This document shows, piece after piece, positions 1 through 10,014 of a stretch of 64,000 bases of DNA. Under the pieces are notes generated by a model. It saw nothing but the letters and a program-made list of their open reading frames with translations, searched no databases and was not told the origin of the DNA. Where the stretch lies: assembly GCA_018238155.1 (NCBI GenBank), contig JABCTZ010000036.1:352001-416000 (forward strand). The letters run 5' to 3'. The DNA comes from Candidatus Heimdallarchaeota archaeon (lineage in GTDB: Archaea > Asgardarchaeota > Heimdallarchaeia > JABLTI01). A program made the position numbers and the translations under genes. Numbering within the stretch: the first letter of the stretch is position 1; every line of letters starts with the position of its first letter.

Positions 1-47
1 TCTTTAAATAAATTTCACCTTTACATCAAATTTAGGCGATTTTATTA

Positions 48-821
48 ATGACAATTGCTGATATACTTAAGGTGATAAAAATAAGAGAAAAGCAGCCTAC
101 TCTGAGATATATTATCTTTAGCTATAGAATATTACTAGCACTTTTTAGTTGGACCGTTTTAGGTATAATGTTTTATCGAAGTGTGATTAGACAATCAGAT
201 ATAGCTGCAGGTATTTTAGCTGGAATCAGTTCCTATAGATATTACACTATGCAAACAAATCTTTTTGTTGCTTTGTGGTATAGCTTTGCAGTATTCTTTC
301 AATTCAAGCCAGAACTTTTGAACAAAATACGAGGTGGACTTAAAGGAGCATTAGCACTCTATATTACTATCACATTCATTGTATTTGCTGTAATGTTAAG
401 TGAATCCTATCAACCAACTGGCATTGATAGCTTCACCAATATTAGTTCACATTATATTGTACCAATTCTTTTCATTGTAGATTGGTTCTTAGCAGAATGG
501 GATGTAAAATATCGATGGCTCTATTTGGCATTTTGGGTAATTTATCCTCTATGTTATTTGATATTCGCAGTTCTTCATGGAAACTATATCAGTTCTGGTA
601 ACTATCTATACCCATTTCTCAATCTGCAAAATCTTGGTTGGGTCAAGTTTATCATTAGTGTGCTTGTACTCGTAGTTGTTTTCCTATCCTTGGGTTCATT
701 ATATATCGGGATGAACAGAATAATTAGACTGATAATGACCAAAAAACAACAAGAGAATAACGAAAACAAAACAATGGTAGGGGATATTGAACAAAGTGAA
801 GAAAGAGAGGAGGATCATTGA
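48..821 (+). CDS. Pr6Pr-family (FAR-17a/AIG1-like) integral membrane protein
   Basis: About 6 TM helices; motifs YYTMQTN, HYIVPILFIVDW, YPLCY, YLYPFLN. Confidence 0.75.
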   Translation: MTIADILKVIKIREKQPTLRYIIFSYRILLALFSWTVLGIMFYRSVIRQSDIAAGILAGISSYRYYTMQTNLFVALWYSFAVFFQFKPELLNKIRGGLKGALALYITITFIVFAVMLSESYQPTGIDSFTNISSHYIVPILFIVDWFLAEWDVKYRWLYLAFWVIYPLCYLIFAVLHGNYISSGNYLYPFLNLQNLGWVKFIISVLVLVVVFLSLGSLYIGMNRIIRLIMTKKQQENNENKTMVGDIEQSEEREEDH

Positions 822-1719
822 TACTTTTTCTCTAAATCCTCTAATACAATACCTGCTCTTGCAATAGCTTCCGAATCATCAAGAATCATTTTGTAATTTT
901 CTACCACACCTCTATGAGCGGGACTTGTACTAAGTGCCTTTTTCAAAGTTCGAAGAGAATTCTCAATCTGATCATCGTGGTAATAAAAAAGACCCAGATT
1001 GTTCATAAGATCTAGATTATCATTTTTGATATTGAGAGCTTTCAGTGTGTATTCAATAGCTTTCTTTTCTCTTATAAGAAGGCGTAACATTGTCCCAGTT
1101 GTCCTAGAACTTTACAATGAAGTGGATCTGTTGCAATAACTTTGTTAAATTCCACAATGGCTTCATTGTATTTTCATTCTTCAACCAAAAGTTCGCCATA
1201 CTCACTCAAAATTTCAACATCATCTCTGCCAAATTCTGTAAATGCTTTATTATAAACTTCAGGGGCCTTATCAAAGAAACCATATTTTCTATGTGTTGCA
1301 GCCAATTTGATGTAAGGTTCTTTGAATCTCTTCTCAATTTCAATCGCTCCCTCGAATACTATAACTTGTGGTTTATACTCAGTTTCAATTCGTAACAAAA
1401 AATGTGCTTCTTGTGATAATGGATTAATACTCAGAGCCTTTTCTAAACACATAATGGCAGTTGCAGATTGGTCCAAATTTTGATGAAACATCCCTAAAGC
1501 TATATAATCGTTTACATCATGCGGCATGCCTTCAGGACGATAATGTAAATATCTATCGTATGCATCTACAGCACCTTGATAATCTCCAAGTAGTGCTGAC
1601 ATATCACCAACTCCTTTCCAAGCAAAAGCATTACTTTCATCTTTAGTAGTGATTTGTCTATAAAGGTCCAAAGCTTCATCATATCTATTTAGAAATTGAA
1701 GTTTAGAAGCAATATCCAT
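815..1719 (-). pseudogene. Decayed TPR-repeat protein gene
   Basis: TPR pattern continues past the in-frame TGA at 1174-1176 (KYNEAIVEFNKVIATDPLHCKVLGQLGQCYAFL), then shifts frame near 1070 into the 815..1090 ORF (KAIEYTLKALNIKNDNLDLMNNLG). Confidence 0.7.
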
Positions 1720-1885
1720 TAATTCATGAGGATCGGTTGCAACCCTGTTTGTTTCAATTCCTTCAGAGGTGGTTGGTAAAGGATTTGCATTGACTTTATT
1801 TCTTAATTTATTCTTGAAGATATCAATGGAAAAAAGTGTAACTCAATAGGAAAGAAATTGTCACTAAAATTATCTTAAAAATAGG

Positions 1886-2695
1886 CTAAAGATATGTTTC
1901 ATATAAATCGTATTGCTGATGATTTCGTGTTTGAAATGTCCAGATAGCATCTTGAGGGCAGAGATTTACACAACCATTACAGCCAACACAAAGAAGCTCA
2001 TTGAAACTTGGTGTATTGTTTTTATTCATAGATATTGCACCACTTGAGCATATTTTAGATGCACAGAGACGACAATGATTACACTTGGATTTATCAACAC
2101 GTTTGATTCCAACTGTAAATAACATTTGCCAACTCCAAGTGAAGAAAAGAGACCAAAAAACTATTCCAATACTATACGATGGAATCCAATTTTTATTTTG
2201 TTGCATCAAATTCGATGATAAATTTTCAAAACGTGTAATAATGGTTTTTGCGAATTTTTGTGCATTTGATAAATCGTAATTGTTTAATCCGGAGAGATTA
2301 GATTTTAATTCATTCTTAGGAGGCATCCATGATCGTAGATTTGTAGATCCAATTGCACTAGTATATCCTAAGCAAATTCCGCCTGTTCTTTTAGTTGCTT
2401 TAAATAAATTCCAAAGAGTATTTCCCGGCATCCCACCACTCGTACAAAAAACAAAGAGTGGTTTTTTTTCTAGCTTTGCTTTTCGCAGAAATCTTGTTAC
2501 CATTCTTGGGGCTCTAATAGAATAAGCCGGAGCACCAATTCCAATAATGTCATATATCGAGAAATCAATTTTCTTACCTCGTTTAATTCTTAGCAGATCA
2601 ACAGATACATGTAAATTTTCAAATTGTTTTCCTAATTCGGAAGCATATTTCGCTGTAACACCTGTTCCTGTAAAATAAAGCAAAGCAGCTTTCAT
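1886..2695 (-). CDS. EFR1-family ferrodoxin (flavodoxin domain + 4Fe-4S dicluster)
   Basis: N-terminal YFTGTGVT flavodoxin loop; C-terminal CNHCRLCASKIC and CVGCNGCVNLCP. Confidence 0.85.
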   Translation of the reverse strand: MKAALLYFTGTGVTAKYASELGKQFENLHVSVDLLRIKRGKKIDFSIYDIIGIGAPAYSIRAPRMVTRFLRKAKLEKKPLFVFCTSGGMPGNTLWNLFKATKRTGGICLGYTSAIGSTNLRSWMPPKNELKSNLSGLNNYDLSNAQKFAKTIITRFENLSSNLMQQNKNWIPSYSIGIVFWSLFFTWSWQMLFTVGIKRVDKSKCNHCRLCASKICSSGAISMNKNNTPSFNELLCVGCNGCVNLCPQDAIWTFQTRNHQQYDLYETYL

Positions 2696-2971
2696 ACTGA
2701 ATGTACTAGTATCAAATATTCAAAAGATTTTAGTTCTATCTCTTTTCTTATAGAAACAATCTTTCAAATCTGTCTTAGGCTGAAAAATGCTGGCAGCACT
2801 GTGACTAATTTATGTTCTTTTCGCATATTCTATCTATTTTTTCTTAGACTTGTGAAGAAAAACAATCTCAAAATCAATTCTGACTCTAAAATATTGGTTA
2901 TTCTTTGCTTTTACTCAAAGAATAAGAAAACTTTTATTAATCCTAAAAACCAAAAGAGTCTGTGGGAAAGC

Positions 2972-3739
2972 ATGAAAAGCGAAGATAGAAGTGATATGAT
3001 TATATTTACTTATAGGGTAATATTGGCTATTTTTAGTTGGCTTATTCTTGGGATCATGTTTTATCGAAACGTAGCAAGTCAGTCTAGTATATCCTCAGGA
3101 ATTGTAACTGCTATTGATTCCTACAAATATTATTCCAGACAAACTAATCTCTTTGTTGCATTGTGGTATAGCTTTGCCCTGATTTTTCACTCTAAACCAA
3201 TTATATTAAAGAAAATTCGAGGTATGCTCAAAGGAGCTATAACTGTTTATATTACTGTTACTTTTGCTGTTTTTGCTGTAATGTTAAGTAGTTTGTATCA
3301 CCCGACAGGTATAGATAGTTTCTTGAGTCTTTGTTCACATTATCTCATTCCTATTTTATTTGTTGCTGATTGGTTCTTATCTGAAACAGAAGTCGATTAT
3401 AAATGGCGATATCTGGGTTATTGGATCATTTATTTGCTTTCTTATTTGGTTTTTACAATTATTTATGCACAGATTACAAACAACTATCTCTATCCATTCC
3501 TCAATATTGAGAATCTAGGTTTGAGTAAATTTATTTTTAATACCTCTATATTGATATTCGTCGCTCTATTCTTTGGAACGCTATTTATTGCTACGAATAA
3601 AATTATCAGATCCTCTCTAGAAAGGAGAGGTCTAGATAAAATTAGTTTAGATTTTATCAATTTGAAATCCAAAAGAAAAAGTAGAAGAAAAGCTTCACAG
3701 AATTATTATGAGAGCCTTTGTATTGTGATTTCAACTTAA
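2972..3739 (+). CDS. Pr6Pr-family membrane protein, paralog of 48..821
   Basis: Shares QTNLFVALWYSFA, HYLIPILFVADWFL, YLYPFLN with 48..821; ATG 2972 preferred to the track start 2801. Confidence 0.75.
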   Translation: MKSEDRSDMIIFTYRVILAIFSWLILGIMFYRNVASQSSISSGIVTAIDSYKYYSRQTNLFVALWYSFALIFHSKPIILKKIRGMLKGAITVYITVTFAVFAVMLSSLYHPTGIDSFLSLCSHYLIPILFVADWFLSETEVDYKWRYLGYWIIYLLSYLVFTIIYAQITNNYLYPFLNIENLGLSKFIFNTSILIFVALFFGTLFIATNKIIRSSLERRGLDKISLDFINLKSKRKSRRKASQNYYESLCIVIST

Positions 3740-3831
3740 ATTGTGTTGATAAATGTAAATTTATTACCTATTTATTTGATAGCGTTCTTCAACATGTTTA
3801 AAGAGAAGATATATCACCAAATTATTCTTTC

Positions 3832-4332
3832 TCACTTTTTCTTTGTAAATACTCTGATGAAAACAAAAAAGAACCAAGAAAAGATAAGTGTAAATGGGAT
3901 AATCGTTAAAACAGCAATAATGTTTTTAACAATAATATACTCGGAAGCAATTCCAAATATAAGCCCCGATGAAACCCCCAATGAAATTAGAAATGAAATC
4001 CCATAAATAATCAAGCTCTGTCTGTTTAAGAACCTTGATCTACTCTTTTTCTTTTCGGAGAGATTACTACTACCACATTTGATACAATATTGAGCTCCAG
4101 CAGGGTTGGCAAAAGAACAAACAATACAAACTTGATCAAATTGCCTCTTCGCTCTTGCTTCTAGTAGAATGGTATCCATATCTCGGTCGCATTCAAGGCA
4201 TAAACTAGTTTGTTCATGTAGACGCAGTTTGTTATCAGTTGTTGCACTGCAAAATGGACAAAAAATAATGTTCTGATATGCTCCTTTTTTTTGCGAATTA
4301 GGTTTTTCAATTATATCCTTTTCTGAAGTCAT
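3832..4332 (-). CDS. Double zinc-ribbon membrane protein
   Basis: CPFC/CLEC and CIVC/CIKC pairs followed by two TM helices. Confidence 0.6.
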   Translation of the reverse strand: MTSEKDIIEKPNSQKKGAYQNIIFCPFCSATTDNKLRLHEQTSLCLECDRDMDTILLEARAKRQFDQVCIVCSFANPAGAQYCIKCGSSNLSEKKKSRSRFLNRQSLIIYGISFLISLGVSSGLIFGIASEYIIVKNIIAVLTIIPFTLIFSWFFFVFIRVFTKKK

Positions 4333-4477
4333 ACCAATCCTCGCTCTGTTATGTTATTGTTTGTTATTTAAGGGATTGTATTGAATAAAAGAAAAAAAAC
4401 CTCTTTGCAACTAATGGCAACATTTATTAGTATTTATTGCCAAATATTGTATAGTGCTTTATCTTGGTGAAGAAAAA

Positions 4478-5659
4478 ATGAGTAAAACAATTGAAATTTT
4501 TGGAAAAGAGCAAAAGGAAATCAAGAAAAGAATAGAGTCAATTGAAAATGGTTTAATTCCTGTAGCAATTGAAGATAACCAACTTTCATATAAATGGAAT
4601 GAAAAGGCTAACATCGAGAAACGAATGAAAGTTTACAATGTTCCTGGTGTAAGTATTGCGTTCATTAATAATTTTGAAGTGGAATGGGCGAAAGCTTTTG
4701 GAGTAAGAGATACACGAACATCAGATATTGTTACACTTGATACTTTATTTGAATCGGGTTCAACAGCAAAATCATTTACAGCCTTAGCAACATTACAAAC
4801 AGTTAGAAAGAATTTACTGACTTTAGATGAGAATGTCAATAAGAAATTGAAAGCTTGGAAAATACCTGAGAATGATTTGACTAAAGAGGAAAAAGTAACA
4901 CTTAAACGTCTATTATCTCATACTGCAGGGATTAACAGACCTGATAGTATGTTTGGCTCAGAATCAGGTTCCATGTCAACAATTGAACACATCTTAAGTG
5001 GAGAGAAACCGGCTCTAAATGATCCAGTAAAAGTTGAATTCATACCAGGAACAGATCACCAATATTCTAATTTAGGATATATCATCATTGAGAAACTTTT
5101 AACTGAAATATACGGAAAATCTTTCGCTGATTTAATGAAAGAAACTATTCTTAAACCTCTCTCAATGAAACGTTCTACGTTTGAATACCCTGATGATGAA
5201 TTAGGAAAAAGGACTATTGTTCCACATGATCAAAATGGCGAGGCACAAGAAACAGGAATGATGCATGGGGCTGCAGCTCATTGTGGTCTTCTAACTACAC
5301 CTGTTGAGCTTGGTAAATTTGTAGTTGAATTAATGAAAGCATATCAAGGTAATTCCGAAATAATTTCTCAAGAAACCGCAAAGCAAATGTTAACTCCTAC
5401 ACTGCCTCTTGATCCGGCAAAATTTTTTGGTTTTACAGGGCAAGCACTAGGAATGTTTCTATTAGAAAAAGATGAAAATCTGTTTTTTACCCATCCCGGA
5501 ACAAATATGCCCGGAGCTGTGTGCTTGATGATTGGTAGTCCATCTGAAGGACAAGGGTTAGTTATCATGTCTAATGGCATTCAAGCAGAATTGCTTCATT
5601 TAGAAATTCTCTATGGAATAGCTAAAATATTTGATTGGCCATTTTGGCAAAAAGAATGA
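4478..5659 (+). CDS. Serine hydrolase, beta-lactamase/AmpC-like family
   Basis: SxxK (STAK), LLSHTAG, YSN and HPG motifs; GGTGA upstream of ATG 4478. Confidence 0.9.
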   Translation: MSKTIEIFGKEQKEIKKRIESIENGLIPVAIEDNQLSYKWNEKANIEKRMKVYNVPGVSIAFINNFEVEWAKAFGVRDTRTSDIVTLDTLFESGSTAKSFTALATLQTVRKNLLTLDENVNKKLKAWKIPENDLTKEEKVTLKRLLSHTAGINRPDSMFGSESGSMSTIEHILSGEKPALNDPVKVEFIPGTDHQYSNLGYIIIEKLLTEIYGKSFADLMKETILKPLSMKRSTFEYPDDELGKRTIVPHDQNGEAQETGMMHGAAAHCGLLTTPVELGKFVVELMKAYQGNSEIISQETAKQMLTPTLPLDPAKFFGFTGQALGMFLLEKDENLFFTHPGTNMPGAVCLMIGSPSEGQGLVIMSNGIQAELLHLEILYGIAKIFDWPFWQKE

Positions 5660-5680
5660 GCGTATGAAAGTTTTGGAGAA

Positions 5681-6784
5681 GTGGCTAGTATGACTAATAA
5701 CAATATAGCTGAACTGGATGGTAACGATATACGTATTGTTAGTACACTTGACTCTCTTCCACATAAGAGCTCAACCAAAAGAATAAGTGAGGAATTGGAT
5801 ATTCCCTCACGTAGCATTCGTTATCGGTTGGCGAAATTAAAAGAAAGGGACATTTTGAAAGAACAAACAGTTATTACTCATGAAAGAAAGCTTGGCATTC
5901 GAGAATCATTTATTTTTATTGAAGAACGTCGAAATAGCAGAAAGACTTTTTGTAAAATCATTGAGGAGAATCCTGCTCTAAGTTGGTATGTCCCCACATC
6001 TGGAAAGTATCAAGGTTTTATTTTGCATGCAATAAATGCAATGAATGTGCCTGATTATCCTCGGCAATTACTAGAGCAAATGAAAGAGAAAGAGATAATT
6101 AATGATTATTTTATTTTTGAGATAATTGAGTATCAAGAATATGGTTGGAACTACAAATGTTTTAATGAAGATGGAAAATGGGTTTGGAATTGGAAAATAT
6201 GGGAAGATTATATTAAAAAAGAAGAGTATGGACAAGAAGTAGTCGAGTTCGAAGAAAATCCCAAAGTAACAAGCTTTGATTATATTGATATTCAAATTTT
6301 AAGGCATTTCATTCTTTTTGAAAATATAACGCAAAAGGAAATAGGAAAGAAATTAGCATTATCAGAATCACAAATTGGTCGAAGACTTCGATCGTTGGAA
6401 CAAAGTGAAATAATCCGCGGATATCGAACAGGTTTTACACCCTTCACGGAAACTCAAGCAGTACTATGTATGATAAAAACTAACAATTCACTGGAATGTA
6501 TTGTGAATATTCTAAAACAAATACCTTATCCAAAAACAATAGCATTTGAGAATAGACATTCGATTGGATTGGGCTTTGAAATTCCTACAAATGAAATTAA
6601 TGGATTTCTAAATGGACTTCATTGTTTGCGACCTCTCATCGATTCATACTTTGTTCAATATCAACTAAGCAGTCCAACTTTTAATCCACAGACATCATTT
6701 GATTTGTTTGATAAAGATTCAAATGACTTGAACCAAGTAGCAACTGAATATGAAAAAACACTAGAACAAATTAGAGCAATCTAA
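5681..6784 (+). CDS. Tandem Lrp/AsnC-type winged-helix transcriptional regulator
   Basis: Two HTH units (ISEELDIPSRSIRYRLAKL; IGKKLALSESQIGRRLRSLE) separated by a W-rich linker. Confidence 0.75.
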   Translation: MASMTNNNIAELDGNDIRIVSTLDSLPHKSSTKRISEELDIPSRSIRYRLAKLKERDILKEQTVITHERKLGIRESFIFIEERRNSRKTFCKIIEENPALSWYVPTSGKYQGFILHAINAMNVPDYPRQLLEQMKEKEIINDYFIFEIIEYQEYGWNYKCFNEDGKWVWNWKIWEDYIKKEEYGQEVVEFEENPKVTSFDYIDIQILRHFILFENITQKEIGKKLALSESQIGRRLRSLEQSEIIRGYRTGFTPFTETQAVLCMIKTNNSLECIVNILKQIPYPKTIAFENRHSIGLGFEIPTNEINGFLNGLHCLRPLIDSYFVQYQLSSPTFNPQTSFDLFDKDSNDLNQVATEYEKTLEQIRAI

Positions 6785-7703
6785 ACAGAGGTTCAGTTTT
6801 TCGAAGGATTTCACCAAGCTCATTTGCACCATCCTTATTGAAGATTAACGCATCTAGACTGATTTTCTTTTTTGGTTTACCTATGTATTTCTCAGCTATT
6901 TCATCTAAGCCTACTAATGCATTATCGATAAGTTCTTTATAATTGCTCAATTTTCGAGCAGCAATAATCAATAAAAGATGGGATTCAATTTTTTCACCAA
7001 TCTTGATGCATTTTTTGAATGCTTTCGGTATTCGGATAAATAAAGTAAATGGCAAATTTTTATCAAATAGATATTCCATAATACTAATTAAATCTTGAAT
7101 ATCTCGAATTAAATAACTGGTTTTCGCTTTCTTTTTTGAATGAGTTTCTCCTTCGCTTTCAAAGCGTGAAATTAATAAGTAAATATTTAGAATTAGATCT
7201 TCGAAATTCTTTTCACTAAAATAAAACATCTTTTCATACTCAAAATTATTCTTTGAAATATAATCAGATGTACCAAAAATACCAGTATCAATATCATACA
7301 TGAATTTTTGATAATTGATTAAATGTTGAGCTGATTTACAGATATTTATTAGAATATCCAAAAAATGATCTGACGATAGGAGATTTAGTGAAGATTTTTT
7401 TATTTTCTTCTTTAAAGCCTTTAAATTTTGAATAACCAGTTTGATGTTCTCAACCACTATACTCGAGTAAGGAGATAAATATTTAATTTCCTTCAATATT
7501 TGTAGACATTCGCGAGTTTCAGATGCAATGAGGTTAATATTCTCTAGATCTGCTAAATGCAATTTTGTTAGTAGATGAGAATGTTCCTTAATATATTTCA
7601 AATACTCGATTTCTTGATAAACGCTTTCAACCATTTTTCTGATATCTCCTTGTGAAAATAATCTAATTGAATAACAATTATAATATTCAAAAGAATTGTC
7701 CAA
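6771..7703 (-). CDS. Hypothetical protein
   Basis: 310-aa ORF, no recognised motif. Confidence 0.5.
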   Translation of the reverse strand: MDNSFEYYNCYSIRLFSQGDIRKMVESVYQEIEYLKYIKEHSHLLTKLHLADLENINLIASETRECLQILKEIKYLSPYSSIVVENIKLVIQNLKALKKKIKKSSLNLLSSDHFLDILINICKSAQHLINYQKFMYDIDTGIFGTSDYISKNNFEYEKMFYFSEKNFEDLILNIYLLISRFESEGETHSKKKAKTSYLIRDIQDLISIMEYLFDKNLPFTLFIRIPKAFKKCIKIGEKIESHLLLIIAARKLSNYKELIDNALVGLDEIAEKYIGKPKKKISLDALIFNKDGANELGEILRKTEPLFRLL

Positions 7704-7829
7704 AAATAATTCTTTTCAATTAGCTTTTCGTTAAAGTCACTTATATACCTCTCTGAATTGGATAGGGTTTTTAAAAAAAGAAAATATATCATTCCACATA
7801 CAATATTACTACAATAAGGATGAATTAGG

Positions 7830-9329
7830 ATGATGGAAGAATATAGTATAGATCAAATTCAAGAAAAGATGGAAAATGGAGAACTATCTGCAAGAAAACT
7901 CGTTGAGGATTTTCTACATCGAATCGAAAAAATTGACCGACAGGGACCAAAAGTAAATGCGATCATAGAGATCAATCCTGATGCACTAGAAATTGCCGAA
8001 AATCTCGATAAGGAACGTAAAAACAAGAAAACGCGTGGACCCCTTCATGGCATTCCTGTTATTATTAAAGACAATATTGAAACCGCAGACAAAATGATGA
8101 CTACAGCTGGATCGCTCGCACTTGAAGGACATATTGCTTCGCAAGATTCATTTATTGTCCAAAAACTAAGAGATGCAGGAGCAATCATTTTAGCGAAAGC
8201 AAATCTGAGTGAATGGGCTAATTTTCGCTCAACACGTTCTTCCAGTGGCTGGAGTAGTCGTGGAGGACAAACGTTGAATCCATATGCTCTTAATAGAAGT
8301 CCTTGCGGTTCGAGCTCAGGTTCTGCAGTAGCTGTAGCAGCAAATCTCTGTTCGGTAGCAATCGGAACTGAAACAGATGGTTCTGTAATTTGCCCCGCTC
8401 AAATAAATTCTGTAGTGGGAATAAAACCCACGGTAGGATTAGTTAGTCGCTCTGGAATTATCCCAATAAGCCATACACAAGATACTGCAGGACCAATGGG
8501 AAGAACTGTTCGTGATGCAGTTATTTTATTAAATGCTATAGTCGGGAAAGACACTCGAGATACTGCCACGTTAGAACTTAAACAGAACATTCCCGAAGAT
8601 TACACTGAATTCTTGGATGAAGGCGGATTAAAAGGAACAAGAATTGGTGTTGCGCGAAATTACTTCGGTAAAAATGACAATGTGGACAAATTAATGGAAA
8701 AAGCAATTGAGACAATGAAAGAATTGGGAACAGAGATCATTGACCCAATAGAAATTACCACATTGAAAGATCTAAGAGATCCTGAATTCCAAGTACTCTT
8801 ATTTGATTTCAAAAATGATTTGAATGAATATTTAGCTACAACAAACTCTGAGTGCAAAAATCGAACACTGAAAGATATTATTGATTTCAACAAGGAAAAT
8901 AGTCGAAAAATGATGCCTTATTTTGGACAAGAGATATTACTAATGGCAGAAGAAAAAGGACCACTAACAAGTAAGGAATATCTAGAAGCATTGGAAAAAT
9001 GTGATACATATGCAAGACAAGAAGGCATAGATAAAATTTTAGCTGAAAACAAACTTGATGCCATTGTTGCCCCGAGCGGTGGAATAGCTTGGCCAATAGA
9101 TTGGGTGAATGGTGATCATTTCACAGGAGGAAGCTCTTCTGTTGCTGCTGTAGCAGGATACCCAAATATTACTGTTCCACTGGGTTTTATCTGGGGATTG
9201 CCAGTTGGTATCTCTTTCTTTAGTGGAGCATTTCAAGAACCGGTTCTAATAAAAATAGCTTATGCATTCGAACAAGCAACAACAGCACGACAACCACCGA
9301 AATTTTTGAAAGAAGTAAATTATAAATAA
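7830..9329 (+). CDS. Amidase signature family enzyme
   Basis: GPLHGIPVIIKDN, PCGSSSGSA, GTETDGSVICP (Lys-cisSer-Ser triad). Confidence 0.95.
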   Translation: MMEEYSIDQIQEKMENGELSARKLVEDFLHRIEKIDRQGPKVNAIIEINPDALEIAENLDKERKNKKTRGPLHGIPVIIKDNIETADKMMTTAGSLALEGHIASQDSFIVQKLRDAGAIILAKANLSEWANFRSTRSSSGWSSRGGQTLNPYALNRSPCGSSSGSAVAVAANLCSVAIGTETDGSVICPAQINSVVGIKPTVGLVSRSGIIPISHTQDTAGPMGRTVRDAVILLNAIVGKDTRDTATLELKQNIPEDYTEFLDEGGLKGTRIGVARNYFGKNDNVDKLMEKAIETMKELGTEIIDPIEITTLKDLRDPEFQVLLFDFKNDLNEYLATTNSECKNRTLKDIIDFNKENSRKMMPYFGQEILLMAEEKGPLTSKEYLEALEKCDTYARQEGIDKILAENKLDAIVAPSGGIAWPIDWVNGDHFTGGSSSVAAVAGYPNITVPLGFIWGLPVGISFFSGAFQEPVLIKIAYAFEQATTARQPPKFLKEVNYK

Positions 9330-9368
9330 ATAATAGCTAAAGAGTACATAATACATAAAATGCATTCC

Positions 9369-9395
9369 TGGATACTTTTTTGAAGAAAGTATCCA
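9369..9395. terminator. Inverted repeat downstream of the amidase (terminator or operator)
   Basis: TGGATACTTT-N7-AAAGTATCCA, perfect 10-bp arms. Confidence 0.4.
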
Positions 9396-9426
9396 ATATT
9401 TACAATCAACCACTCAAAAACCAACT

Positions 9427-9741
9427 GTGAATACTATGACAGATGAAATATATCGTTCAATAAGTGATAATATTATGAATAAAGAAATCACTTTTAGAGG
9501 CATTGCCATGGATGCAAAAGGTGGCGCAGTGATAATTCTATTCAAGGGAGAAATTATCTATTTACAAAATATGGATTGTTGGGATGATGCTATGCTCAAT
9601 AGAGGTGTTCTTGTAAAAGGGCTATTGGTTGAAAGGAAATTGATCCCAGATCCTGTTGTTGCTGAAGATGGGGCGATCAGTACAGGTGCGTATGGTACTC
9701 AATATGTTTTAGAAAATGTGATAATAATCCAGAAAGAATAA
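9427..9741 (+). CDS. Small hypothetical protein (beta-rich)
   Basis: 104-aa ORF with DAKGGA motif. Confidence 0.55.
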   Translation: MNTMTDEIYRSISDNIMNKEITFRGIAMDAKGGAVIILFKGEIIYLQNMDCWDDAMLNRGVLVKGLLVERKLIPDPVVAEDGAISTGAYGTQYVLENVIIIQKE

Positions 9742-9816
9742 TAAATTTTGATGTTCAGTATCTTTCCATTTATTTATGTTCATTTTCAGAAATAACTTGC
9801 TAAAGAGAAAAAATCA

Positions 9817-9853
9817 GTTCCAATATTCACACTTAAGCTTTATTCTTTGCAAC
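9817..9853 (-). CRISPR. Orphan degenerate CRISPR repeat
   Basis: GTTCCAATATTCACACTTAAGCTTTATTCTTTGCAAC matches the array repeat at 31/37 positions, ungapped, same orientation. Confidence 0.85.
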
Positions 9854-10014
9854 GAATTTGAACAATCAAAACCAAGAAATACTGGTGCTTAGATGACAAT
9901 AGTTTGAAATAAGATTATTGGCATAATTTTATTTTCTTACTTCATTGCAAGTTCAGATAGCTCATTAATAACCTTTAAGTAATTTCAAAGCAATATTTTT
10001 GTATTATTCTAGTT

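Noticed and set aside
1174-1176. TGA as selenocysteine or recoded codon
   Set aside because: Non-catalytic TPR position, a second lesion follows, and TGA ends many intact genes here
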